NCBI GenBank assembly: GCA_010671905.1
Contig: JAAHII010000001.1
Span: forward strand, 6,098,026 to 6,162,025
Length of the DNA: 64,000 nt
Direction: 5' to 3'
From: Leptolyngbya sp. SIOISBB
Lineage (GTDB): Bacteria > Cyanobacteriota > Cyanobacteriia > Phormidesmidales > Phormidesmidaceae
A model generated the notes under the pieces. The model saw nothing but the letters and a program-made list of their open reading frames with translations. It was not told where the DNA came from and ran no database searches. Of the stretch, positions 1 to 9,096 are shown piece after piece. Every line of letters begins with the position of its first letter. Position 1 is the first letter of the stretch. Position numbers and translations under genes: made by a program.

Positions 1-2403
1 AAGGTGCAAGATGGCGAGCCCATTCTGCTGCGAGACGTGGCCGCAGTGCAGACCGGGGCGGCGCTGAAGCGGGGTGATGCCAGTCTCAACGGTCAACCGG
101 CGGTAGTGCTGATGATCAACAAACAGCCGGAAGTGGATACGCCCACGGTGACCAATGCGGTGGAAGCGGCGATCGCTGATTTGCAACCCACCTTCCCACT
201 CGATGTTCAGGTCACCCGTACCTTCCGCCAAGCCAACTTCATTGATGCCGCCATTCGCAATGTCAGTGGCTCCCTGCTGCAGGGGGTGGTGATTGTGTCA
301 GTGATTCTGCTGCTGTTTTTGATGAACTGGCGCACGGCCATCATCACCCTCAGCGCCATTCCCCTATCCCTGCTGATTGGCTTGCTGTTGATGAATGCTT
401 TTGGCTTGGGCATCAACACCATGACTTTGGGAGGGCTGGTGGTGGCCATTGGTTCGGTGGTAGATGACGCGATCGTCGATATGGAGAACTGCTATCGCGG
501 CCTGCGCACTAACCAAGCTCAGGAAAATCCCAAGCATCCCCTCCAGGTGGTATTTGACACTTCGGTGCAGGTGCGGCTAGCGGTGATTTTCTCGACGGTG
601 ATTATTGTCGTGGTGTTTGCCCCCATTTTCAGTCTGACTGGGGTGGAGGGGCGTATCTTTGCCCCGATGGGTTGGGCCTACCTGTGCTCGATTCTGGCCT
701 CGACTTTGGTGGCCATGACCCTATCCCCTGCCCTTTGTGCCATTCTGCTGGCGCATCAGGATCTGCCTCGCGATGGGACGTTTGTGTCGCGATGGGCGGA
801 ACGGCTCTACCGTCCGCTATTGGGGATTTCCCTACGAGCACCGCAGCTCATTCTAGGATTGGCGTTAGCAGCTCTGGTGGCCACAGCGGCGATCGCCCCC
901 TCGCTAGGACGCGTCTTTTTACCAGAATTTCAGGAAAAGTCTCTGGTGAATTCGATGGTGCTGTTTCCGGGCATTTCGTTGGATATCACCACGGGTGCCG
1001 GTAATGCCCTGGCTAATTCCCTAAAGGACAATCCCTTGTATGAGTGGGTGCAGGTGCGGGCCGGTCGTTCGCCGGGGGATGCCGATGGTGCTGGGGTGAA
1101 CATGGCCCACGTCGATATCGAACTCAGCGATCAGGCCATGAAAGACCGGGAAGCCAGTGTGAAGCAATTGCGAGCAGCTTTTCTAGAACTGCCGGGGGTC
1201 GCCCCCAACATCGGCGGATTCATTTCCCATCGCATGGATGAGGTGTTGTCAGGGGTGCGGAGTGCGATCGCGATCAAAATCTTCGGCCCTGATCTAGGAG
1301 AACTGCGGAGCATCGGTGAACAGATCCGCGACACCATCGAACCCATTGAGGGGGTAGTGGACTTGCAGCTTGAACCTCAGCTCCCGATTCGGCAGGTGCA
1401 GATTCAATACGACCGGGCAGCCGCAGCGGGTTATGGCTTGACAATGGCCCAGATCTCCGAGGTGGTGGAAACAGCCCTAAACGGGCGCGTCGTCTCCCAG
1501 GTGCCGGAAAATCAGCAGCTAGTGGACATTACCGTGGCGCTGCCAGAGGCGGCCCGCAATAATTTAGATGCCATTAGCGCCATTCCCCTCTCAACCCCAA
1601 CGGGAGAACTGATTTCCCTGGGCACTGTTGCCAATATCGGCTATGGCATGGGGGCCAGCGTGGTCAACCGGGAAGCGGTATCTCGTCTGATTGTGGTGTC
1701 AGCAAACGTGGCCGAGCGGGATTTGGGCAGCGTCGTGGGTGATATTCAAGCTCAGATTCGTCAGAATGTGCAGCTACCTGGTGGCTACTTCATTCAGTAC
1801 GGCGGCCAGTTTGAGGCGGAGCAAAACGCCACCCATAATCTGCTGATATATAGCATTCTGGCGGCGATCGCGATCGCGGTACTGATGGTCTTCTCCGTCA
1901 AGTCTCTACCGGCGACCGTGGCGATTATGATTAACCTGCCCTTGGCCTTGGTGGGGGGCATTGTCTCGATTTTGTTGACCGGCGGCGTCCTGTCGGTCGC
2001 CTCCCTGATTGGTTTCATCACTCTGTTTGGGGTAGCCGTCCGCAATGGACTGCTGCTGGTGGATAACTACAACCGCAAGTTTGCTGAGGGTTTGCCGCTA
2101 CAGAAAGCTATCTTCCACGGTTCTCTGGAACGGGTAAACGCCATTCTGATGACGGCTCTGACCTCGGCCTTGGGAATGCTGCCATTAGCGATCGCCAGCG
2201 GCGCGGGCAACGAAATCCTGCAACCTTTGGCGATTGTCGTTCTGGGGGGCTTATTCACCTCTACCGCCCTGACTTTACTGGTGATTCCGGCCCTCTATGC
2301 TCAATTTGGTCAATGGTTTAGGCCAAAAACAAAACGAGCCGACCTGGCAGCAGTCCTCACCAACAATGGCATACCCCAATCAACGGTCATTGACCGGTCG
2401 TAG
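1..2403 (+). CDS. Efflux RND transporter permease, CusA/CzcA-AcrB type (C-terminal ~800 aa; 5' end lies outside the window)
   Basis: Frame is open from nt 1 and ends at TAG 2401-2403. Repeated multi-TM blocks and RND-typical stretches (GLGINTMTLGGLVVAIGSVVDDAIV, ALTSALGMLPLA). Confidence 0.85.
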   Translation, partial: KVQDGEPILLRDVAAVQTGAALKRGDASLNGQPAVVLMINKQPEVDTPTVTNAVEAAIADLQPTFPLDVQVTRTFRQANFIDAAIRNVSGSLLQGVVIVSVILLLFLMNWRTAIITLSAIPLSLLIGLLLMNAFGLGINTMTLGGLVVAIGSVVDDAIVDMENCYRGLRTNQAQENPKHPLQVVFDTSVQVRLAVIFSTVIIVVVFAPIFSLTGVEGRIFAPMGWAYLCSILASTLVAMTLSPALCAILLAHQDLPRDGTFVSRWAERLYRPLLGISLRAPQLILGLALAALVATAAIAPSLGRVFLPEFQEKSLVNSMVLFPGISLDITTGAGNALANSLKDNPLYEWVQVRAGRSPGDADGAGVNMAHVDIELSDQAMKDREASVKQLRAAFLELPGVAPNIGGFISHRMDEVLSGVRSAIAIKIFGPDLGELRSIGEQIRDTIEPIEGVVDLQLEPQLPIRQVQIQYDRAAAAGYGLTMAQISEVVETALNGRVVSQVPENQQLVDITVALPEAARNNLDAISAIPLSTPTGELISLGTVANIGYGMGASVVNREAVSRLIVVSANVAERDLGSVVGDIQAQIRQNVQLPGGYFIQYGGQFEAEQNATHNLLIYSILAAIAIAVLMVFSVKSLPATVAIMINLPLALVGGIVSILLTGGVLSVASLIGFITLFGVAVRNGLLLVDNYNRKFAEGLPLQKAIFHGSLERVNAILMTALTSALGMLPLAIASGAGNEILQPLAIVVLGGLFTSTALTLLVIPALYAQFGQWFRPKTKRADLAAVLTNNGIPQSTVIDRS

Positions 2404-2425
2404 CCTGGCGTTTGGCTCAAGTGAT

Positions 2426-2469
2426 AGCGCGATTGGCTGCTCTTAAGCGGAGCTGCGATCGCGCTTTTC
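2426..2469 (+). terminator. Candidate rho-independent terminator after the RND gene
   Basis: 8-bp stem agcgcgat / atcgcgct followed by tttt, 23 nt after the stop codon. Confidence 0.35.
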
Positions 2470-2933
2470 AATAAGCAAGATGGCCAGGCAGACGCTTAAG
2501 CTGTTCAGGTTATGCAACTCATCGCTCAACTCAAACTGGCAGAAACGCCGTGGCAAACGTTTATTGTTTGACGCTGGGCTATCCAGCCACAGTTTGATCA
2601 GGTCATCTCAGATGGCTGAAATCATGATTCTGATGAACTTTTGACTCCGTAGGGTCGGCCCTTTCCGAAGGGAATGCCGAACGCTACAGTCCGAATTCTG
2701 CGATCACGGCCCAATAACTGTCGCGGTGACGACGGGAAGAAAAAGGGCGAGGCCGTTAAATACAGAGTGCAGCATTGAGGCGAATGTTGCGGGATCTTAC
2801 AGAATGTAATGGTCCGGTCAAGACGGGTTCCCGGCGTAGCGTAGACTTGTTACATTCTGCGGTTGCTCTGGGAGTCTGCTGATGAGCGATCGTAGCTTTG
2901 CTCTACTGGCCTGCTAAGTGCATTTGTCGATCT

Positions 2934-3932
2934 ATGTTTCCGATTCATCGTCCTCGTCGTCTTCGTAGCCATCCTCAACTGCGTCGGATGGTCCGCGAAA
3001 CTGTTGTCTCCACCAACGATCTGATCTATCCGCTCTTTGCAGTCCCTGGCGAAAGCGTGGCCGAAGAAGTGAAGTCGATGCCAGGGGTCTACCAGCTTTC
3101 GGTAGACAAAATTGTCGAAGAAGCCAAGGAAGTCTATGACCTAGGCATTCCCTCGATCATTCTATTTGGCATTCCCGATACCAAAGATACTGATGCCACG
3201 GGTGCTTGGCATGATTGCGGCATCGTGCAAAAGGCCACCACGGCAGTCAAAGAAGCCGTGCCTGATCTTGTTGTCACGGTTGACACTTGTCTGTGTGAAT
3301 ATACCGACCACGGCCACTGCGGATATTTAGAAGTCGGTGACTTGACCGGTCGCGTACTGAACGACCCGACCTTGGAGCTCCTGAAGAAAACGGCAGTGTC
3401 TCAAGCGAAGGCGGGTGCTGACATCATCGCGCCGTCTGGCATGATGGACGGCTTTGTGACGGCGATTCGGCAAGGGCTGGATGAGGCGGGTTTCACCCAC
3501 ATTCCCATCATGTCTTACGCCGCGAAGTACGCTTCGGCTTACTATGGCCCCTTTCGGGATGCAGCGGACTCAGCGCCTCAGTTTGGCGATCGCCGAACGT
3601 ATCAGATGGATCCCTCCAACAGTCGTGAAGCCTTGAAAGAGATTGCCCTCGATATTGACGAGGGCGCTGACATGCTGATGGTGAAGCCAGCCTTGGCTTA
3701 TATGGACATCATTCGCCAGGTCAAAGACGCGACCGATCTGCCGGTGGCAGCCTATAACGTCTCTGGGGAATATTCGATGGTGAAGGCGGCGGCGCTGAAC
3801 GGATGGATCGATGAACAAAAAGTCGTACTCGAAACCATGACCAGCTTTAAGCGATCGGGCGCTGACCTCATCCTGACTTACCACGCCAAGGATGTCGCTC
3901 GCTGGCTCGACAAAGTCAACGCTATTTTTTAG
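2934..3932 (+). CDS. hemB: Porphobilinogen synthase (delta-aminolevulinic acid dehydratase)
   Basis: ATG 2934 gives [11 protein letters not shown], a typical HemB N-terminus. Cys-rich metal site [14 protein letters not shown] and MVKPALAY lysine region. The ORF-track start 2898 is an upstream TTG. Confidence 0.95.
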   Translation: MFPIHRPRRLRSHPQLRRMVRETVVSTNDLIYPLFAVPGESVAEEVKSMPGVYQLSVDKIVEEAKEVYDLGIPSIILFGIPDTKDTDATGAWHDCGIVQKATTAVKEAVPDLVVTVDTCLCEYTDHGHCGYLEVGDLTGRVLNDPTLELLKKTAVSQAKAGADIIAPSGMMDGFVTAIRQGLDEAGFTHIPIMSYAAKYASAYYGPFRDAADSAPQFGDRRTYQMDPSNSREALKEIALDIDEGADMLMVKPALAYMDIIRQVKDATDLPVAAYNVSGEYSMVKAAALNGWIDEQKVVLETMTSFKRSGADLILTYHAKDVARWLDKVNAIF

Positions 3933-3954
3933 GTCGGTCATCAGCAACCTCGTT

Positions 3955-3990
3955 AAACGGGTGAGACAGTCACGTCTTACCCGTTTTTAT
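3955..3990 (+). terminator. Rho-independent terminator of hemB
   Basis: aaacgggt ... acccgttt stem followed by a T-run (ccgtttttatttg), 23 nt after the TAG. Confidence 0.55.
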
Positions 3991-4070
3991 TTGTCGGCGA
4001 TCGCAGGTCTCTTAAGCCGAAGACTATAATTTTGAACAGATCGGCTCCGTTTTTTCCTTAGGCCCTAGCC

Positions 4071-4544
4071 ATGCAGCCAAAAACACCGACAACGTTAGCC
4101 TCGCTATATGACACCGACTATCAGCGCTGGTTGAGTGAAACTATGGCGCAGTTGCGATCGCGCAACTTTGAACACCTCGATCTAGAAAATCTCATTGAAG
4201 AAATTGAGAGTTTGGGAAAACGGGAAAAACGTGACCTAGCCAGTTATCTCATGCGTCTATGTGAGCATCTGCTCAAACTCAAATACTGGACAGTTGAACG
4301 TGCATCTTGCGACCGGGGATGGAAAGTCGAGATTCGCAATTTTCGATTACAAATTGCTCGGATACTTGAGGACAGCCCTAGCCTCAAAACCTACTTGACT
4401 AAAAACTTTGAGCGCGAATATCGCCATGCTCGCCAGCTACTTATAGATGCCAGCAACTTGCCAGAAAGCGTCCTTCCTGAAAAGTCTTGCTTTGCTCTAG
4501 AAGAGGCTTTGGATGAAAATTGGCTGCCTTGGCAACCTGGATAA
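4071..4544 (+). CDS. DUF29 domain-containing protein
   Basis: N-terminus LYDTDYQRWLSETMAQLRSRNFEHLDLENLIEEIESLGKREKR is the characteristic DUF29 pattern common in cyanobacteria. Confidence 0.8.
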   Translation: MQPKTPTTLASLYDTDYQRWLSETMAQLRSRNFEHLDLENLIEEIESLGKREKRDLASYLMRLCEHLLKLKYWTVERASCDRGWKVEIRNFRLQIARILEDSPSLKTYLTKNFEREYRHARQLLIDASNLPESVLPEKSCFALEEALDENWLPWQPG

Positions 4545-5420
4545 TCAATTCTTCTCTGCTCTCGACCGATCTTGAATTGTGTCTGCTTGCATCATCTCCA
4601 ACAATGGCCTTTCAGGATTGAGATAAGCCATCAATGGCTGTAACTCAATTAACGAGTTATAAGGAATGACTCGTACGTATTGAACCCCTAGGTAGGGAAA
4701 AATCAGACAAAAAGTCTGTTCTTTTACGGTCTGCTCATGTGTCTTGAAATAATTACAATCTGCTAGAAAGTAGTCGTATGAGGCGATTTCTTCAGAAAGT
4801 CGCTCCATAACTTCTTGGAACTTTACTGGGCCTGGATTGTCTTTGGATTGCCAAAATTCAAGTGTGGCTTCAGCTAGCTTCTGATCATAGTCAGAATTCG
4901 GAATAAACCAATCCTCTAACTCAAGCAGTTCACCCGTTTTCAGATCAAAGGTCACTGGATAGCTAAAAGGAGTTGGGCTTGCTCCGGGTGTGACCCTACC
5001 ACTGCAGTGAATGCTAACGATGCTACCGTTGGCAAACTCAACGTAGCACCAAATACCTATCGAGTTTGAGAAAGTCCATTTTTCTTTTCTTTCATCGGAC
5101 ATGCTATCTGGTAGCGGGTCGTTACATCCTAAATCACCGGGTCTTCTGGGCCAGCGATCGCGGCGCAAGATTTCACTCTTCAGACTTGCATTTAACTGAT
5201 TCTGAATCTCTTTATTGGCAAGCCCAGAAATTTGAGGATACTCCAACGTGAAAACGCATCCAACAATATTGGGACCAATTATTTCTTCTTTCTCAACAGG
5301 AAAACTAAAGGATAGATCTTCGTTATCAGCAATTAGTAACGGGTCAATTGCATCAAGGGGGAAACCATGCTTGTCGGCATGTTGCGCAAGCCTATAGTAC
5401 AAAAATCCTCTGAGCCTCAA
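4545..5420 (-). CDS. DUF4163/DUF3298-like (RsiV/PdaC-type) protein, probably secreted; 5' end apparently frameshifted
   Basis: 291-aa ORF with TTG start. EYPQISGL.NKEIQNQLN and YPVTFDLKTGELLELEDWF resemble DUF4163/DUF3298 modules. GC is visibly lower than in the neighbours. A signal-peptide-like ORF (ATG 5526) joins it only after a 1-nt shift at 5401-5405. Confidence 0.5.
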   Translation of the reverse strand: MRLRGFLYYRLAQHADKHGFPLDAIDPLLIADNEDLSFSFPVEKEEIIGPNIVGCVFTLEYPQISGLANKEIQNQLNASLKSEILRRDRWPRRPGDLGCNDPLPDSMSDERKEKWTFSNSIGIWCYVEFANGSIVSIHCSGRVTPGASPTPFSYPVTFDLKTGELLELEDWFIPNSDYDQKLAEATLEFWQSKDNPGPVKFQEVMERLSEEIASYDYFLADCNYFKTHEQTVKEQTFCLIFPYLGVQYVRVIPYNSLIELQPLMAYLNPERPLLEMMQADTIQDRSRAEKN

Positions 5421-5889
5421 AGTGCTGTTCAGGCAGGGTTGGTCTGAATATTTGAGTGATTGCTATGGCTTCTTGTGGAAGTTTGATTAGAGCCGATGTG
5501 GCCAGCGCTAGTCCAAGCATGATCATTTTGCGTGGCTGATGACTTTGTGAAGTGAGATCGCTACAACTCGCAACCTTCTATCTTGCACAAACGTGGGACG
5601 AATAAAGCAACCCACGAGAGTCGATAAAATCCCGGGTCGGCCTTAGCACCAAGCTAACACGTTGAAATTCAGCTATTCATCACTGCTGTGATCGCGCTGA
5701 CAAGAAAACCTCAAACGCAGCACAATAACAAACTGGATGATTTTACGGACCGTCAATCTGCTGCGTTCCGGTTGGGGCAGGAGCCACACTCAGCTGGCAA
5801 AGTAAAAACACTCAATTCTTCAGGCCAGTAGAGCCCTGATCTGTTTCCTGGGAACACTCTAGGCAGACAGCCACCAGGCATCACATTAC

Positions 5890-6330
5890 ATGTGGCAATC
5901 CGCGATCAACTACCTTCGGAATTTACGGACTTATCAGGATCTGAGTCCGGATGCTGGCATTCGCCGTCGCATCAACCTTCAACTCCGCAGTCGACCATCT
6001 CTGGCCGTGGCGGAATGGTCAGAGTTATTTTCCAGCTCGCCGAGTGAGTCGGTTTCGCATGAACTCCTAGTTTTTGTATACGACCAGTTGCCGGTGTATT
6101 CCGGATTGGAAATTGGCAAGATCCGCCCCAGCGATCGCTTGATTGACGATCTGCAATTGCCGCTTGTGTGTTGGTTTGACTGGCCCCATCAACTCTGTTG
6201 TGATTTTTACGAAACGTTTCAAGTCGACATTTCGGAAGAATTTGACGAATCCCTGCTGGAAACCATTGGGGATCTCGTGTGGTTTCTAAATAAACAGTTA
6301 AAGTCGCCGGATTCAATCGCGTCAGGATAG
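5890..6330 (+). CDS. Hypothetical protein
   Basis: 146-aa ORF with ATG start and protein-like composition. No recognisable motif. Confidence 0.4.
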   Translation: MWQSAINYLRNLRTYQDLSPDAGIRRRINLQLRSRPSLAVAEWSELFSSSPSESVSHELLVFVYDQLPVYSGLEIGKIRPSDRLIDDLQLPLVCWFDWPHQLCCDFYETFQVDISEEFDESLLETIGDLVWFLNKQLKSPDSIASG

Positions 6331-6394
6331 CGGCGATCGCTCCAGTGAGCGTTAAAGTAGTTACAAACTCGTTCACTGACATTTACAGTTCGTC

Positions 6395-6916
6395 ATGCCC
6401 AGAAGCCAGCGCAACGACAACTTCATTGATAAAACCTTTACGGTCATGGCTGACATGATCCTCAAGATGATGCCGACCAAGCAAAGCGCGAAGGAAGCCT
6501 TTGCATATTACCGGGACGGTATGTCAGCTCAGGCTGATGGTGAATACGCCGAGGCGATGGAAAACTATGAGGAAGCGCTGAAGCTAGAGGAGGACCCCTA
6601 CGACAAGAGCTTTGTGCTCTATAACATGGGACTGATTCATGCCAGCAATGGTGAGCATGAGACAGCGATGGCGCGTTATGAAGAGGCTCTAGAGCTAAAT
6701 CCCCGTCTTTGCCAAGCTCTCAACAACATGGCGGTGATTTATCACTACAAGGGTGAAAAAGCCGAAGCAACAGGGGATAAGCAAGCTGCGAGTGAACTCT
6801 TTGACCAAGCGGCGACTTACTGGATGGAAGCCATCCGAATTGCCCCGAACAATTATATCGAAGCGCAAAACTGGCTGAAGAATACGGGCCGCATGAAGGT
6901 TGATACGTTTTTCTAG
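6395..6916 (+). CDS. ycf3: Photosystem I assembly protein Ycf3 (TPR)
   Basis: [24 protein letters not shown]-terminus and three TPR units ([28 protein letters not shown]...) match Ycf3. Confidence 0.95.
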   Translation: MPRSQRNDNFIDKTFTVMADMILKMMPTKQSAKEAFAYYRDGMSAQADGEYAEAMENYEEALKLEEDPYDKSFVLYNMGLIHASNGEHETAMARYEEALELNPRLCQALNNMAVIYHYKGEKAEATGDKQAASELFDQAATYWMEAIRIAPNNYIEAQNWLKNTGRMKVDTFF

Positions 6917-6918
6917 CA

Positions 6919-6980
6919 TTCGGAGTTTGGAATTCGGCAGTCGGAGTTCGGAGTTCGGAGTTCGGAGTTTAGGGTTTCGG
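6919..6980. repeat. STRR-like heptamer tandem repeat (TCGGAGT)
   Basis: Four perfect tcggagt units at 6941-6968, flanked by degenerate units, directly after the ycf3 stop. Confidence 0.85.
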
Positions 6981-7112
6981 GCAAATGCCAAGAACCGAGC
7001 ACTAGGCACCCAGAACTAAGCACCAAGAACTAAAACCCCAAAACTGATAACTCCACCGACCCCGTACCCAGCCCCCCATACACCCACTGACCCGCACACC
7101 CATTCGCCCACC

Positions 7113-7400
7113 ATGATTGATCTTGAACAAGTTCGCAAAGTTGCTCATCTCGCTCGTTTGGAATTAGAAGCAGGGGAAGAGGAACAGTTCACCACGCAGC
7201 TCAACGACATTTTGGGCTATGTGGAGCAGCTGAATGAATTGGAGACGGCTGATGTGCCGCCGACGACCCGTGCTATTGAGGTGAGCAATATTCATCGCCC
7301 TGATCAGTTGGAAACATTTGGCGATCGCGAGAGCTTGCTCAGCAATGCTCCCGATCGCGAAGATGATTTCATCAAAGTCCCTAAAATTATGGAAGACTAG
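7113..7400 (+). CDS. gatC: Asp-tRNA(Asn)/Glu-tRNA(Gln) amidotransferase subunit C
   Basis: 95 aa; [36 protein letters not shown] and C-terminal FKVPKI pattern typical of GatC. Confidence 0.95.
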   Translation: MIDLEQVRKVAHLARLELEAGEEEQFTTQLNDILGYVEQLNELETADVPPTTRAIEVSNIHRPDQLETFGDRESLLSNAPDREDDFIKVPKIMED

Positions 7401-8254
7401 GGGCTGGCATCATTTAGGACTCTCAGCAGTTTACAATCTAGCCTTCCAGCCCATCGAGTCATGAAGTTAGGAGTGCTAGAATGCCGCGCCGTTATGCCCT
7501 TCGCGATGATCAATGGGACCGCCTCAAAGGTTTGCTGCCAGGACGAGCGGGCAGTGTGGGTGTGACCGCTCGCGACAATCGCCTCTTTGTCGAAGCGGTC
7601 TTATACCGCTATCGGGCCGGGATTCCGTGGCGCGACTGACCAGAGCGGTTCGGCCACTATCGCAAGGTTCACACGCGCTTTCGGCGCTGGTGTAAGCGGG
7701 GCGTGTGGCAGAAGGTGTTTCAAGCCCTGGCCAGCGACCCCGATAACGAATACGCGATGATTGACTCGACCATTGTGCGCGCTCATCAGCACAGTGCCGG
7801 GGGCAAAGGGGGGATGCCGATGCGGAGGCCATTGGCCGCAGCAAAGGCGGATTGAGCACCAAAATCCATGCCCTGACGGATGCCCTCGGCAATCCACTCG
7901 CGTTCTATCTGACGCCCGGGCAAGCCAGCGATTTGGCCGGTGCCGATGTCTTGTTGGAAGACCTGGCAGCCGAGTCACTCCTCGCCGATAAAGGCTACGA
8001 CGCCGATGAGCGGGTGATTCAGCGACTGCAGCAGGCGGGCAAAAAGCCGGTGATTCCGCCCAAGTGCAATCGCCGTGAGCCGCGTGAGTATGACCGAGAG
8101 CTCTACAAAGCACGGCATCTGATTGAGAACTTTTTCGCCCGACTCAAGCAGTATCGAGCCATTGCGACTCGTTACGATAAGCTGGCAGAGAGCTTTTTGG
8201 GCGCGATTTATCTAGCAGCTACGGTCGTCTGGCTTAATTGATGACACGCCCTAG
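7397..8254 (+). mobile_element. IS5-family insertion sequence (DUF4096 + DDE transposase type), bounded by CTAG
   Basis: Imperfect terminal inverted repeats: ctaggggctggcatcatttag (left) versus the reverse complement of ttaattgatgacacgccctag (right). CTAG at both junctions (7397-7400, 8251-8254). Carries a transposase reading frame. Confidence 0.8.
7481..8241 (+). pseudogene. IS5-family transposase, interrupted by an in-frame TGA (7637-7639) and a -1 frame change at G6 (7808-7813)
   Basis: MPRRYALRDDQWDRLKGLLPGR...GIPWRD*PERFG...AMIDSTIVRAHQHSAGGKGG, then in the -1 frame DADAEAIGRSKGGLSTKIHALTDALGNP...ARLKQYRAIATRYDKL. Typical IS5/DDE_Tnp_1 sequence. Confidence 0.75.
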
Positions 8255-8564
8255 GGGCTGGCCTCATTTAGCCGTCAAATTCTTGCACTAGGAAACCTGA
8301 GTTCGGGATAAGACTGACAAGAGATTGGTGAGTGGTTTGAGGGCTAAATCCCCTCCTTGGAGGGGTGCTCCGCAGGACGGGGTAGGTTTCTCCGACGGCT
8401 TGAACCCACCCCATCAACCCCTCCCCAGGAGAGGAACGTAACGGGCTTTGCCCGATCCCGAATTGACGTCAGGAAAGTTACAGATTCTAGCCTGTCGAGT
8501 ACATGCAGGCGTGATAATGCTTTTCCGCAAAGGTTTTTGGGGTTAATGAGGGACATGCCCTAAG
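8251..8564. mobile_element. Non-autonomous (MITE-like) derivative of the adjacent IS
   Basis: Left end ctaggggctggcctcatttag matches the IS left end 20/21. Right end ttaatgagggacatgccctaag is a weaker match to the IS right end. No credible coding capacity inside. Confidence 0.45.
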
Positions 8565-9096
8565 CCCGCAAAGTCGCCTGCACTTTGGCCACCTGACGCG
8601 GCGCCTGAATCGCTTCAAAAATTTTTACCGCAGCCGCCAAGTGAGTTTGGGCAAGGGCGATCGTGGGTTGAGCCTGGTAAGCGAGGCCTAGTTGAAAATG
8701 GGCTTCGGCCAAATCGCTCTGAGCGCCTAAATCTTCAAATAGTTCCAGGGCCAAGCTGATGTTTGGCATCGCTTGGTCAATGTCACCCACTTGCCGCAGC
8801 AGTTGTCCCCACCCCAGCAAGGCTTTCGCTTTGACCTGGACGTAGTGGCTCTCTTCCGCGAAGGCGATCGCGCGTTCATATAATTCGGTGGCGCGTTCCG
8901 CATTGCCGAGATTCGTGTAGGTCTGGGCTAACAGTTGAATGAAGAAGGCAAACCGGCCGGTGTATTCAGGGCGCGAAGTGTCGGCAATCGCTCGATAGGC
9001 CTGTTCTGCCAGTGCCGTCGCCAATGCGCTTGGGGACTGGTCAGCACTGAGATGAGCCAGGTTGATCCGCTCATCTTGCAAACTATGGGAAGCCAC
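8560..9096 (-). CDS. TPR-repeat C-terminal fragment of a split STAND NTPase
   Basis: 178-aa ORF made of TPR-like helices. It overlaps the upstream fragment by 14 nt and is joined to it by a 1-nt shift. Confidence 0.7.
   Translation of the reverse strand: MASHSLQDERINLAHLSADQSPSALATALAEQAYRAIADTSRPEYTGRFAFFIQLLAQTYTNLGNAERATELYERAIAFAEESHYVQVKAKALLGWGQLLRQVGDIDQAMPNISLALELFEDLGAQSDLAEAHFQLGLAYQAQPTIALAQTHLAAAVKIFEAIQAPRQVAKVQATLRA

Noticed and set aside
2443-2607. Start-less 54-codon minus-strand frame (DDLIKLWLDSPASNNKRLPRRFCQFELSDELHNL...) in the RND-hemB spacer
   Set aside because: No start codon, no recognisable family, and bounded by a stop immediately upstream. It could be a gene fragment, but the evidence is insufficient.
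8344-8563. Two overlapping ~70-aa ORFs (one per strand) between the IS and the TPR gene
   Set aside because: They lie inside the IS-derived non-autonomous element, have implausible composition and lack RBS-like sequences.
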